Under the pieces are notes generated by a model, which was given only the letters and a program-made list of their open reading frames with translations, made no database searches and was not told where the DNA came from. DNA of 64,000 nucleotides. Source: Lingula anatina. Lineage: Eukaryota; Animalia; Brachiopoda. Below, piece after piece: positions 42,991-58,015 of the stretch. The stretch spans positions 37,591,967-37,655,966 of the forward strand of contig CM120640.1 in assembly GCA_051362555.1 (NCBI GenBank). Direction: 5' to 3'. The position numbers and the translations under genes are program-made. The first letter of the stretch is position 1, and the number at the start of each line of letters is the position of its first letter.

Positions 42991-44153
42991 ATGAGTGCCA
43001 GGAGTTACCGAAGTGAGGCTCGGACAGGGTCGGCCGCCCCCTCTCACAGATCGAGCTCAACATCCCACCACAGCTCTGACGAACAGCTAGAGAAGAACAA
43101 CGTGGTCTTGTTTGACAAGCGGCTGTCCATGGGAAACCCACTCCACAAACCGATATATACGGGTATGAGACACGAGAGAACGAAATGAAATAATCACAAA
43201 ACCAAATAAATGTTTCTCTGCGCTGAATTTCAACAAAAAACAACCGAAAGCGAAATGAAGTTTCAATTTATCTATCTTTCATTTTATTTATTTATTTATT
43301 TATTTGTCTGACTGTCACTCTTCCTGTCAGTTCGTCTGTCTTTCTTTCTGTCCTGTCAACAGGCATTTAGAACAAAATAATACATTATACCAGTACAACA
43401 TAAATAAATTAACGCTTCCCACGCTTATGACATTAACGGCAATACTAAAATAACCTGGAATAACACGTCAGATGTATTCTAAGGACAAATCAAATGAAAC
43501 AGCCTTTTTAAAACTACTAAACAAATTAGCACAGCTTCCCTGTACCACTGTTGCCGCTATACGCCGACATATATGCATAAGAGTACTTGCATGTATAACT
43601 GATCGCAATACAACACACGGAAAAAAACTACTGTTTTTTCTCTGGGAGTGGGTGGGAAGGAAATAAGTATTTAAATTCTAAGGCTTGAAGGATATTGGTC
43701 ATTTTAAGTCCACATATACTTATCTATTTTTAGAATATTTAGACTTTCTTCTACGTCTGTCACGAGTAAAATGCTGCTTCCTCCATCGGTATCAATTCTG
43801 TTATCAAAAAACAAAATAATATCTGTCTCCATTTTCACCTTTGGGTGGTTTTGCTTTCCATAAGTAACATTATATAATATAGTCCTATACATATATACAT
43901 TATATATACACGATAGAGTATATATTCCTGCATATCTTGATTCTCAGGGCCAGACGGCATGGATTGGCACAGGTATCCCGTAACCAGGGACCCGCAGTTC
44001 GTTGGCATAGGGAGCTTCTCGCCGGAGAAAACCTGTCAAATCAGCTACCTCAGCCGAAACCCAGTCAACATGCCCTTCCCCAAAGCAAAGAACGGTAGAA
44101 TCGGGGAGATTGGGTGGCCAGTGGATTACTTTGGAGTGGTAAAAGGGGTGTGA
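42991..44153 (+). CDS. C4orf45/SPMIP2-like (DUF4562) small ciliary/sperm microtubule inner protein, about 125 aa, exons 42991-43162 and 43948-44153
   Basis: A phase-1 splice (ACGG|GTATGA...TTCTCAG|GGCCA) gives ...KPIYTGPDGMDWHRYPVTRDPQFVGIGSFSPEKTCQISYLSRNP...KAKNGRIGEIGWPV. The TGPD...VG...EKT...YL.R...GEIGW pattern is the one I recall for C4orf45. Confidence 0.75.
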
Positions 44154-44366
44154 GTGGCCAATAGTGACCACTTCGAATTGACCAAGAATTGTTCTTATAT
44201 GTTTAGAGTGAAGGATGAGGTGTTTTGAAGACATTGGTGATAATTAAGAGTGCTTTACGCATTTTCACTTTCTTTGCTGAACACTTTCTTTCATTATCAA
44301 CACTCAAAAATTATAATATTAAGAGAAAAAAAATTGGAAAAAAAATGTGTTTCGTCCAGGCCTGTG

Positions 44367-44401
44367 GGAAAAAAACAAGGGCCGGGAAAAAAACAAGGGC
44401 C
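44367..44401. repeat. Tandem duplication of about 18 bp
   Basis: GGGAAAAAAACAAGGGCC occurs twice. Confidence 0.8.
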
Positions 44402-47400
44402 ACGAACTCTATTGATTGACAATTTAAGAATTTAAAAATTTAAAAATTCTAAAATACAAATTTTGCACAAGAAAAACGGCTATCGATTTATAAAAAGCCA
44501 AATATGATGTGAATGCAATCATGATCGCAACGGTCATTTGGTAAATCAAAAAGTCCCTGAGTGGCGAAAAAACTATTTTAGACTCTGCTGTGTCTTTAAA
44601 TCCTATGACAATGTAGGAATGAATTTATACTCTTTTTATCTTAGTGCTTAGAGCCACTCAGCTGTGACACCTTGCAATCAATTCTTGTATTTTCGCTCAT
44701 AAGGTATGTCTGAAATTTGCTCAATTCTTTCAAATATGCTGCTGCTAAGGATTTTCTTCCGAATAGTGTTGACAGTGCTCGGTTATGTTTTTTTCCTATA
44801 TACACATGCTCATAACCGCTATTTTAGATAACATACAAGTGGTTCAGTCTCTTTTGACCTGGAAATGCACCATTCCATTTCACAAACCACTTTCATGTGC
44901 TCTTAAAAGCGTAAACCTGATACGTATAAAACTGTATCATTCTATGACAGCTTCTTATATAATAAGAACATGTTTGTATTTCTGGTCTGTCAAAAATATC
45001 CTTTACAGGATTGCACTAAGCTCGTAAAAGCATTGGATGTTATTAGACGATCAAAATATCGTTTTATAAACGAAAACGAATTGTATCTTTAGTATGAAAA
45101 ATTAATGCCCACAGTATTCAGAAACATATCAATATACAGGTTTTGTAGCGTATTATACATGGGATTTGATAATGTGTGTAACGTTTTCACTGCACGAGAA
45201 TAAAGGTGAATATTCTTTTCCAGCGTCTCAAGAAATTTCATATTTTCAAATATTTCTAGAAAATGACACGTAGCTGCAGGTGACAAGAAGTGAGCTCGGT
45301 GGTCACCTTTGCCTAATTAATTAAGACAAAGGAGGTAAATCATCCATTTTGCGGCCTTTACCAAATGTCCAATATTCTCCAGCTATGACTACACAAGGCT
45401 GTTTTACGTGCTAAGCTTTTTCGTCACGAAAATTAGTGTGATTGAACTTGAAGGGGTAAACAACCTTGTAAATACTCGATTTTATTCCCACCCACTTGGG
45501 ATTCACTTTTGCAAAGGCTTGGCTACCAACACCGGGCTCGGATCTACCCAGATTAAATGTGTCGATAATCAAGGTTGTTCTCTCAGGGGAGTTCTGGGTA
45601 TTACGGACGCTTTTGGGGCGGTTCTCGTCATTTAACAGTCTCTTGCTTAAGGACTGCCGATGTATTTGAGAAAATATATAGTATATATTTGGACTTTTTT
45701 TTATGGAAAATATCAAATGCCTCACATTTAAGATTTTGTAGACTAAATGGAAATTGAAAAGATAAAATATTTGTTCGACAAAATGGGTGACTGCCTTCAA
45801 AAATTTGATCCTTTATTTTTCATTCCTATTCCATGTACATATGTGTCGTTCGTTTGCTGGTGTATGTTTTCTCATGTAAGGATAAATATGCTGTATGTCT
45901 TTTTTGTTGCATCAATTATCAAAATTGCATTTTTGTAACTAATCGATCCATTTCGTTTTTGGCCATATCTAGTATCATATTTGTGGGATTGACGAAGACG
46001 AAATCCAATATCATGGTCTATTATTACCTACAATGTCACATTCTGTCAAGAAAAATGTGGCATTACTGTGTGGTATGCTCGGTTTATAGCCATCGGGTTT
46101 ACTGCGTTTTACTTCTTTATCTAAAGCTAAGAGTCAATCGTATCGAAGTAACCTTAGCAAAAGTGGTCTAATAAGGTTGTGCCATATCAATGTTACTTTG
46201 GAGTGGGCTTGGTGATGCTTAAAATGCCATTCATTTTCATTGATGTGTTCCGTACTTTGCTGATGTCAATTGCGATTGTTATTAGATTGCTCGCGTTCGA
46301 CCGCATTATTCCTTGTTACATACACGCAAGTTACTTAAAATCTCATGCCTCTCTCTCTCTCCCTCCCCCCCCCCCCTCTCTCTCTCCGAAAGCAGGTCAT
46401 TATCTTGAAATATTATTTAAAATACCTGAAAAGTCGAAATTCTTTTACATGTATTCTGTATATAGCTGAAGACAAGAAGAGTTTCCTTGGACTCAGTACC
46501 GTCTATTCTGGTATGGTGCTGTTTTGTGGTTTACTCCTAATCCTGAACATTTCAAATTCATTAACTTGATTCAGAGCTATGGCAATAAGGGAAATCTCAT
46601 TCAATAACGTGATTGGAAATAACCCATAACGAATACTTGTTAAATGAAAATCCCCTGATTACCCAATAACACTATTTGCTTCATGCACCCAATTCTGTCT
46701 GATTGTGCCTCATTGTCTGAGGTTTCGTTTCCCATTCTGAATTGATTGGATCAAGGTAATGTTATCACTAATTATTAATATAAATCGATAATGACCTTGT
46801 CATTCATATATACAAAACGCTCTTTGTGTTTTAGACTCGAAAAGTACAATAAGTACAGAAACAACATAATTCAGCAATGCTGGTCGTTTCTGCAGCATTA
46901 TTGTAGCGTGGAAATGAGCCATCCAACGCCGCCAAATCAAGATAGATAGAGAAAGAATTAGAACTATAAATACGTCTTGAATAATGAATGAAAGCAACTG
47001 TGGATCAGCTGCTGTTACATTGTCACAACAGCTGTTAAGTGAAATTTATATGAAAAATCTATCACTGACAGATTTGAGTTTGATAAATAAGTAACTGCTT
47101 ACAATGTTAATGTTGACAAGTGTGACGGACGGCCACTTTTCGCAGTGTTTTAATCTCATTGTTTCAGATGCTTTCGTTATCCCTATAAAATTGTCAACGC
47201 ACAAGAAAATTTAATTTAGGGCGGTAAATTGATGCTGTGCGTCAATCTGGTCAAGTAAAGTAATGGTACTATGACTTCGTGGCTAGGTGCTGTTTGATAA
47301 ACCCTTTGTCAAACCGGCTCATTCTTAAGTTAGAATTTCAAATAAAAATAGTCCAACTGATAGACGAATAAGTAAATGATATGTGCCTGATGTTTAAATT

Positions 47401-50400
47401 TGAAAGTTATTTACTTTCTGGTTAGTGAAATGATAGGCCCGCCGTCAGCAGATTTGTTATGGTGAACATAGATCGTGGTAAAAACTGCACTTTTATTTTT
47501 TTTAGTATCGGTAGCAACCCAGTTCCATAAATGGCACGTGAATGACTTCATTACCCGTTGGTTATAGGTGCACCGGCATGAAATTAAAATTGTGCATTTA
47601 ATGTTGAATAGACATATAATGATTTCCAAGATATCGATTAGCAATATTTGATTGAAACACGTGTGCACACACGTACACGTGTCACGACAGAAACTGCACC
47701 TGTATTTGTTAAATTCAATGCCTTTCTCCGAATTTTTGCTAGTTTTGTCTGTGACTTCATTACACAGTATTTCTTTGAAAGTTCTTTAATTCTGACTATT
47801 GTTGGTTATCAGTACCTGTATTAACACCTTTGTTGGATAGATGAATGATTTTCTACATGTGGATTTGTTCTGGAGATTTGAATTTTCTGTGTTTACCAAC
47901 GCCTTTTCCACGTGTCCCTCGCTGAACCCCCAAACTTCAGTTATAACAGTAGGTGAGCTTTTGATGTAAAATAGAAATCTCAATTAAAAACAGAACCTGG
48001 TATCTGAAATACTGGTATGTACATGGATTAACATAAAAGAGCGTGATCAAATTATAGCAACCAGATTCCGTTCGTCAGCTCAAGTCCTTATGGTGGAAAA
48101 AGTGTCGCTGGTCAAAAACATGAAAACTAAGTGCACATGCGGGGAGCGTACCAACTGTGGTACATGTTCTGTACGACTGTCCGCTGACGGGATAATTGAG
48201 AGGATAATTTTCTAACTTGGGGTTCAGATCAGCCACAGCTCTTTGGGCAAACAAATGCACAAACGTTATATGCAAATACGTTTATTTGTCCAATTTAATT
48301 TTGACTGCTTCACTTGCTGATGTTGTGGAAATGAAAACATGTTTTGTTTGTTTTTATGTGCTTCTGCACACAATTCATTATAAGTGAAATATCTACCTAT
48401 CTATATATCTATTTATCTTTCTGTATAGTTGCATTTTTTTTATTCCGGTTCTTGTCGAAAATTCATATCTCCACTCTCCACTCCTGTGGGATCCAACGAA
48501 CCTCAAACTGAATATAAGTAGAATAACGCGAATAGAAGACGAATTTACACTTTACAATAGTCCACCTTAACTGCACGTTCAATTCTTGTACCAGTATCTA
48601 GACATACAGGTATGTCCACTTTTCCACTATGGCTCAGATATTTGAGAGGGAGTATGGAGGCATTAATAGACCCAAGCTTCTCAACAGGAGAGTTTAGAAA
48701 TTCAATTTGAGCAACATTTGTCGACCTCGGACTAGAAAACCCTTGAGAGTTTTTTGTTTTTTGAAAAGCCATTTCCCCCAACACCAGGGGGAATATTTCG
48801 CCTCTCTCCCAATAACCCAATAGAGTATTGGTGTGTTATCTTTACGTTATATCATACTAATATATTCCTCCTCTCAAAAATCCTGTACTGGGGCAGATAA
48901 CAGTAGACCAACTCGACAGGACATAGTTTAACATTTCTGTACCTTTTTCATTTAAATCAACAGCCGCCACAGAAGTTACAGTGGGTTATAGTAGTATCTT
49001 GGCCCTAAGGGACCTTTGCACAGAACAACTGTTCCCAATAGGATGTGACTGGGGGTTATCGGTGTATCCTAGGGCCCGCCTAACAACATATCCAACTGAA
49101 GACCATCGCCGACAAATGTCAAAGGACGTGAATTGACACAGAATTCAGTTTAAATCAAATCAAAATTGGACACACAAAAATTCGCTGTTGGTGGTCCAGT
49201 GAATTAGCCCCGCCCAGGTTGGACCCAGGCTGTTTTTCTTTTCTCTTATTAAAACTTGAAAACATACATCTACATACTTCTCTGCATAGGAACATACGAT
49301 TTCATAAAACCTCGTAATGAAAACTTCATAAATGGTCCCAGCGGATTGGTTCAAAAACGCATGGGGTCCATTGGACCCCACACTCACAGGATAGGTCAAG
49401 GACATAATGAAGAAACATATTTTTGTACCAAAATAGATTCTAAAGAGCTTCCTTCTCCTCAACGATTTCAGGGACGCCCTCAACTTCACAGGCAGTATGG
49501 TTAATGGTAAATGAAACGTATTCAAAACGATTCACACGTGTCTCCGTAAACCGGGCAATAGGAAGACACGTACTTGTGAAGATAAAGCTGGACAGGATGC
49601 TTGATAGCCGCCATATCACAGTAATGGCTCCAATGAACAAATCGTCCGAAAACATGCAATTGTTGCATTTCCGGGTCGTTTGAGTGAAACTCTTGCTTCA
49701 TTTCAAGTGCGTGATGATAACACCGCTTCTCAGTTTTCTTTAAACAAAGACCGCACGAAACCAAGGTTTTCTGGACGATACAAGTGTATTTAAACGCGAC
49801 GGAATATAAAGAGGAAGACCTATTTCACAAAACCCTAAGATTCGTTGTAATCACCAAATACGATCCAATCGCGTAAGCTTCCGCGCAAGCGTTAATTAAA
49901 TCGATGGAGTGATATATATTGTAATAGTTTGTTGAAAGAAGGCGAGAAACAAGTGAGCTAACGCGCATGTTAGACTATCGGTGTTCAGTAGCGCTAACGC
50001 ATTCGCTCCGGAGTAATACAAGGGACCAGTGCTACAGAATAACTCTGCAGAAACTCGAGAGCGTCACTTGCCTTTCGGACTGTATCAACATCGATGCTGC
50101 TTGCGTTTGGAAAATACGGTTTATACTTCATACCAAGTAAAGGTAAGTTTTGTGCTTTACCAACGATCAGGATTTTTTGACTTTTTGTCACGTTAAGATA
50201 TATAATTATTTTGAGTTCTGTATGACAAAGCTCCTGTGTGAGACTTTCGACTTTCTACATGTATGTGACAAAAATTCGTTTTTCAATGTTTTGATAATCT
50301 AGCTTTTTAAAATTGGACCAGTTTTAAGCTTTGGCGCAGTTCTTGTGCGTTGGAATGCATCTAAGACGTATCGACTTTGTAAAAGCGCCCTTATTAATAA

Positions 50401-53400
50401 CAACGAGAGGTGATCTTTCATCCGAATACGCAAACTAATAAGTAACATTTTCATTTTTTAATTTGTATGGCCCACGAATGACCTCCTCAAATTAAATGAT
50501 CCACCGTGCATTTCAGAAATACACATACTGCATGTAACATTTATGAGGTGTTGTTTGTTTAAAACAGATCTAGTAAAACTTTTGGAAGGGAAAAATAGTA
50601 AAAAAAATCCTAGAATATAACGCACAGCATTTGCGCACTATTAAGCAATCTTCAAACCTAACTCATCCTCAGACATTTTAAAGGTGTAATGCTGCGTCCT
50701 GTTTTTAATTACTTGTAATCCTTGATCTAGCCACCCTGTAAAAGAGATTAGGATGCAGCTGCCAAATGCAATCCGCTTCTCCTTCCCGGATAATTGGACT
50801 TGAACTTTGTACATATTTTGAGAAAAAAAGGGTTGCGAAAAGTGTTCATTATTGAAGCCAAAAATATCTGTTTGAACTTTAAAGAATGATACAGTGCTGT
50901 TTGTATCACCTTATACCAAAACACACGTTGGCGTATTGACTGTTTAACATGAGTTTCGTTTGAAGCCCATTTCACTTTCTAATAGTAAGGGACAGACACT
51001 CAGTTTATAGACAAACACTCATAATAATGGTATCTTTTTAGTCATATAGATGAGTTTTCATTTTCAGTCCCGTTAAATGGAACCAAAGGTGGTAATAAAG
51101 GCATCTCCATATGATAGCATTGTGCATATGTCTTGTTTGACCCTCAATGCAAGGTATTTCTCATCCGTTAGGTACTTTTTTGTTATCCACCGTTTGGCGT
51201 ATGGAGACCAGCAATTTATAATGGCCGTAAGTGGTCAGATGGAAATGACCGGGTCACTTGAATGTATGTTAATCATCTCTGTGAAGTCTGGTAATTGATT
51301 GATATCAACAAACTAAGTGGATCTTTCAGAATGCTTAATTGCTCGACATGCTCTTTTGTTGACCAATCGTTTTAGTATATTTCCTGGCACAAGTGTTTAG
51401 AAGGAAGTGGAGAGGGTGTCTTGTCAACACATTTTCGGATTTGAAAACTGTAGAAATTGCAGATGACTTTGTTTAAATCCAATTTTTTTGAATATTTAGT
51501 GTGTTTTTTTTAATCGTAAAGACGTCCATGGCCTGTCGTTTTAGATTGCATTACCTTCAAAGGGAAATGGGGGCTTTCACCAATTCATCTTCTTCAATGG
51601 CCAATAATTTTGAATCAATTTTTCAAGCGAAATTTCCTTTTTGCTTAGACTAATTCAATAAAACAATAAAGCACTGTATATCATATCGGCCCACAATTTG
51701 GATATAACTCAATTTCACTCTGTTCAGACATGTACGTGTAAGTGGCATTTATAATGTAGCGTGTCCTTCTTGGCAAATTGCATTACTCAATAGAATTTTA
51801 CACGACAGATTTTAACATTTAAAAGCTGTTTGATCATTTTTCGATGTGTAGATTTTACACCCGCATGGGATGTCTTTTAAGACTATATATATATTTCTGA
51901 TTGTACGTACATAATCAATTCACACACTTCTTGCTCAAGTTTTGTACTGAAACCATAACACAGAAAATTCATATGAATACACACATTTGGTTTTGCACAA
52001 TCTCAGCCAGCGACCTAAAGCAACCTTGCACTTAAAGAAACTAGGAAGCTTCCGATCAAACATGGGAGCCACGCACGGTAAATATAGCAAGTGTGGTTAG
52101 ATTAAAGCCCCATGTTAAGTAGAGAATGGATGCTTTCTTTGACAAGAATGGCTTTGTAGTTTCAAGGGAAAGCGAGATCACTTCATTGCGCAGAGATGGA
52201 TCTTGATTGTCATTCCCGTTCTCATGGGAACATGAAAGTATGCTTTATCCAACACTAAAATCAAAGTTACACAAGGACAGGAGATAGTTTAATCTAGTAA
52301 AAGTTTTCAAGCCTTCAGTCGATTTCAAAGTGACAATGACATAAGGCGGGGGAGTGTTTTCTTTTTTTCTAAGGTCACACTTTCCTGTTTTCGTGCAGAT
52401 CTACCGGGGCTGTTGATACATTGAAGTAATGATTAAGGTGACCACTTGTTACATGTCCTCATTGGTCAAGTATTACTCAAGTCAGTGGAGTGCGTTGCAC
52501 CGTGTGCATCTTTTCTTTGTCCTTCTTTCCTCATACTATAAGCAAGTAACCCAAGTCACACCGGTGCTTGATAGTAAGAAGGTAAGCTTGATGGGAATGG
52601 ATATAACTGAAAGTCTCGGGATCAGTCCAGATTTTGCGGGATTTTGGGGAGAATGAGAGCAGAAATAATGGTAGACTAGCGAGTGTGGTGGAGCAACGAA
52701 GAAAAAGGTGACAGAATTTATCCATTGTTTGTATTCTCTTAAGCTCTGTAGAATAGTGTAGTCTTTTGCTATTACGTCATTCCAGGGCAGAGGATTTCAC
52801 CCGGCAGAGGTTGCATGAAGGTTAACCGCGCATCACGCAGATTTTCGCACCTTTTGTATTCTTGCACAGTATGATGTCACGCATCCGGAGTGATTTTCAT
52901 TTCGATGTTTTTTTATGTATATGGAGCTACCGAGACCGTTGTAGGCCTACGTTTTTTCAACTAGTATGTACATGTAAAGCCGTTTTTTTTAGTCAATCAA
53001 TCAAAATACTAGTTACTGCCAAAATCCAACGCTAAATGCTCTTGAAATGACCATAAAAGTCCCTGTTACGTCGGGTTTGCGACCGATTGGAGAATTAATA
53101 CTAGTTTAAACACCTAAAATCTATTTAGGTTTACGAACAATTTATTTTGTCTTTAGTGCCTACTGCCTGCGCGCTTTGTGTTCCCGAAACGATAGTCTAA
53201 TTGGAAACGCCGTGCCTGTTGGAATTGACATGTAACACCCGCAAGACTAATTTAACTTTGAAAAGTTAAAGGTTAAATCCACATATAGATACCATATAAC
53301 ATTAGGGACCGCAAATGGAAATGATTTTACTTTTGGAAATTCAACTTAAGATAAATGGTATATTTGAATGCGGTATTTATATAGTTTTATAAACTGGACA

Positions 53401-56400
53401 ACACGCAGCGAACTCCATCCCATATTAAAAACATCAATCAATTATTTGAACGCTGAGGAATGAAATCACATGGGTCCTATAGAGTCACATAGCAATATAA
53501 TTACTTGGAGGAAATTCGAAAAGCAAGTACATAAAACACAATACAAAATAATGTATATATTGTCAAATCAACATCCATCCCTAGACTTTGATACCTGTTG
53601 CAAAAACCAGAGACAAATGATAAAAATTGTAGGCGTGTTTTTATTGCCTTTTATATAGTGATTTTATGCTTGGTTTTTTTCAGATAATTAATCTGAGTAT
53701 AATATAATGGTCTCTGTGTTAATTGCGCTTTCTTTGTGGAAGTCTTAAGAATAATATCATGATATCCAAATCCAAGTTGCATTAGCATTCAATCACTTTT
53801 CTTTGAGGCTAATCCTGAAATTCCGTACAATGCGTGGGGGTTACATTTCAGAGGCAATTAGCTGGTTAGATTGCACCTACAAGTTTCTTTGTACTGCATT
53901 CCGAGACTAATCAACGCTGTTTTGTACCGTTTCTAATTGCATAACTGAGTTCTAACAAATCACGATTAATTTAGACCGCCATGTCTTCCTGAAATACCGA
54001 CATCAAGCATTTTCATCTTAGGGGACTTTATCGGTTTTTAGGTCTGAATTGCGAAAGACAAGTACCTTACAAGTAAAAAGATATTTAGACATTAAAGATA
54101 TGGCCTTAAAATATTTTCTGACTCGCATAGTATATCTTTAATTACACAAAGCGGAAGTAGGATTGCTAAATGTTGTTTCAAATGTATAATTGAATGAAGT
54201 GACTTCAGTGTTCTAGTACTAAAGGCACCATGTGTATTCCCCATGAGCCCGAAGAGTGCCGATCATCAATCTGAGATTTGATGTTTGTCAATATTGAAAT
54301 CAGAATTTCAATACAAGGATACTCTTGAAGTTCTTGGCGTACATTATGCTATTATTGGACGTGTAATAAAACAATCAAATAGAAATGCAATAACGATTTT
54401 GATAATGGGATTACAGTCTACAAATGGAATATATATTCGAATGTAATGAAGATTCTTCTAAATAAATGATCATATCAAAAGGAACCCACATGCAGCCATC
54501 TCGTAATTCGATATGGTGTGGGAAATGCATCAAACATAGATGCTATGTATAAATTGTTTTTGTGGTTCACCTTACTAATGCAGATAACCGATATGCGTTT
54601 GATGAAAGCATGGGACCGTGAAACAACTATAAATAGGGCCTACTAACTTTATCAACTCAGTGATATCGTTTACTACATAAAAGTGCTGGCTAATTTTATT
54701 AAGGCTCTTTAAGAACTGAGTTGAGATAACCATAATTATTCAAAATCTTCGTTCTAGGAAAAGTGCTCATAGGACATTAAGTTGAGGGTTGTAGACACAA
54801 CTAAGGACATCAGTCGATTTTTATACATATTTTACCTATTTTCGTATTGTCTAACCACTCGAAGAAAAAAGTCTCTGTCACAAAAGAAGCATTACTTGCA
54901 CAAATTGATGTTTAGTATCTCTCGCGAGTGCTGACAGGTTTTGTCAAAAGATACGCATATATACTTGCCTATACGGCCAAAAAATTATATATACACATAT
55001 TTATGTATATATAACATCCGCAAGACTTGTGAAAGCGCAATTAGCATCTAGGCATCAACATAAGTTTTGCAAATAAAATAAAAGTACTCTTTTGATATGT
55101 GTTTCAGTTAAATATAGACAAACTGCACATATGCATTTTTTCCTTTGCGGTTTCTAAACTCAAGACCGATATTTTCAATGTAGTTTTTGATATGCATGAA
55201 GCCCGGTATACAGCTTATACATTTGGTATAGCAGCCTTTATGTTAATCTCTCTGTTCATGTTAGAATTTTGCTTTTTAGGTCTGTTCGTCTTTTCCTGCT
55301 TTTTCTGATTAACCTACGCTGAAACGAAACGAGGGTTGAAATGGATTTTCTCGGTACTTACGTTCTCAATAATGTAGGCCAGGGTATATCAAATCCGAGT
55401 TAATGATATCCTCTTAATGTGATTCTTTGAAATATTGAAGAGTATTTGTGATGAGTGGTGAGAACTGTGGGAGATTTTCCTAACCTGATATGACATCAAT
55501 TAAAAAACATACACGCATATAGTGTATATTTCCAATGCAAAATGGTATTTTCTTTAAACGTTTTCCATTGCTTTTTATAGTGTTTTAACTTTTGATTTTA
55601 AATATGAATTAAACGTAACCAGGAAGTGTTTTGTCGGGCTTAGGGGGCACCACCTACCGTGCTAAGATACTTTTTAATAGGCTGAATTAACGCCGCAGAC
55701 AAGCGCTGACAGTTTGTGAAAGGATATACGGGAATTGAGAGGATCTGTAGGTAAGCTTTTCGGCTGCCTTTTAAATCCGAAAGTGAAAGCTAAGTAAGGT
55801 ATACTGGACTTGAACGGTCGTTCATTATTTCGATTGCCTATTTGTTCTCTGGCTTCTCAATATCAACTGTTTTATGGTCTTTTTGGTATATTTAAAAATT
55901 AGTCAATACCTGGCGGAGCAGGACCATTATAACAAAATCAGCCTGATTAATATAAAAAAATCTGCAAATAACTTTTCGTCATGATTATTAACGAGGAACA
56001 CAGCTAAATTATAAACTCAACAGGTTGTAATTGTACAATATGTTTGCAATTCTACCGATTTTTACGATTGAATCAAAAGACAGTTACCACAAAATACCGA
56101 CTCGAATGTGTCCTATTGTGCTCACCCAAGTCAAGAAAAAACCTACCATATTGATCGCACTTTGAACTGTTAATTCTCCCAGCACGTACACCCATAGCAA
56201 CTCAAAAGTACAATTGTTCAATATTTGTGTGTGTATATAAAATATTTACGTGTAAAACACAGCCAGGGTAAGATTCAAGGCGCTGGAACCTAACGCTAAA
56301 ATGAACGAGCAGATAGTACTAAAATAACATCTTACAGGTTCACAATGCCAAGAAGGCAGTGCAGCGTGAAAGTTGCAAATAAGTGCAACGGACATAAACT

Positions 56401-56420
56401 CGTATACCTATTCGATCTAC

Positions 56421-56469
56421 GTCCCAAATCGAAATTCCAACACTTTCGTCCCAAATTGAAATTCCAACA
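56421..56469. repeat. 27-bp-period tandem duplication
   Basis: GTCCCAAATCGAAATTCCAACA followed by GTCCCAAATTGAAATTCCAACA. Confidence 0.8.
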
Positions 56470-57844
56470 GTGTTCATCATGACCAAAGCATTTCTCTCGG
56501 GATGGTTATTTATCGAAACAAACCATTCGAAATTGTAATGAGTTTCACCATCGGTATTCATGTCCCAGTTGTCGCTTTCACAGGTTGCTGGATAGCTATC
56601 CTCAATTACGGGCTGTTAGGATAAAGTAACAATAGGGTATTGATATAACTTTTGAAAATCGAATGTGTGCGCATGCATATTCCCAGCGAGAAAGTACAAT
56701 AAACAAGAAGCAGTATTGTACAGCCCCAACGCCAACGCACCACAAGTCTTGTCGCTTAACTGAATTAAGGTTGAAACGGTAACCTTATTCTTGAACTTGA
56801 TATTTGTTTTCTCTCTGTTGTGCAAAAGAAGTATATATTTGCGGAAAATTCTTGGATTTTCTTTCGATTTGCGTGATATGTGTTTGCAGAAAAAAGGAAT
56901 CAAGTCCCCTTTCCGTGATCTAACCACCGTATATCATTAACGTCCGAATACTTGGAGATATTTCCTGATTTACCGATTGGATATTATCTCTAGATTATAT
57001 TTCGAGACTCAAAGGAACAACAGAGCTTATAAAGATGGATCAACGGCCAAGTATGGTGGAGAATTGGCATCCAGGTAGATATGTTTCTTTTAGATTTATT
57101 GGGAACAATGTGCTTTTGTTCTTATTTCTTTGGCTCTATTGTAAAGATCATTGTTAGTCTGGTTTAAGAATTCATTGTTGATATCATTAAGAAATCATTG
57201 TTGGGGTGTATCAGTAGTGATCTATTGCATCATTTGTCTAGGTCTCGTCCCATGAATAAATAGCAAAATCGTTACATCTTGGTGATGAACAGAATGTCTT
57301 TATATCTACTTTAAGTTAGCAGCATCGCACAGGATCGAGGGCTAGTAAAAGGTAGTTGAAAACTAGTATGCCGTGATGAAACATTGGGTTACTAAAACAG
57401 TCACTTCATGGCCGTTCCGACGTTATGCAATCTCAGGATTTGACTGTTATTTTTTAAATTAGTTCAGAGTAAATCATTGTATCAAGTGTAACAGGTCTTT
57501 ATATACTGTATATTTATTACATATTATTTCTTCGCTTTCAATAGATATTGTGTTTAGTTTAGTTTATATGGGTGGTGCACTTGTAGTTTGTCTTAAGTTC
57601 AATTACCATTTCAATGCATCTGGATTTCTGTGAATTAAACAAAATTGAAGTCAGAGTTCATCTGTTTTCAACCAATGTTCTATAAAATAAACTCTAAAGA
57701 ACCAAACGAAATGTAAGCATGTTGACGTAATTCAGACAAACCTATTGAATGTGTTTAACTGTACATATTACAGAAACAGCCAAAAATAAGCTAGACATGA
57801 GTTATTGCAAATAAAGGCTGTAAGATAAAGGATATAGGACGATG

Positions 57845-58015
57845 CCGGTGTGACAGAAATGGTAGTCCTAAGAATGGACGCCCGGGGTTCAATATGATTA
57901 GTACAAGTTAGGGTTAGTCTGAGTATTGGGTTAGTATATGGGACGAATGTCACCTGTGCAAAGTAATAGGGAGTGGACTACGATTCCTAGCGGACTACCA
58001 TTCCTGTCACACCGG
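57845..58015. mobile_element. 171-bp MITE-like element with 24-bp terminal inverted repeats and an internal GGTTAG-type tract
   Basis: CCGGTGTGACAGAAATGGTAGTCC ... GGACTACCATTCCTGTCACACCGG (one mismatch); internal GTTAGGGTTAGT...GGGTTAGT; no clear target-site duplication. Confidence 0.75.
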
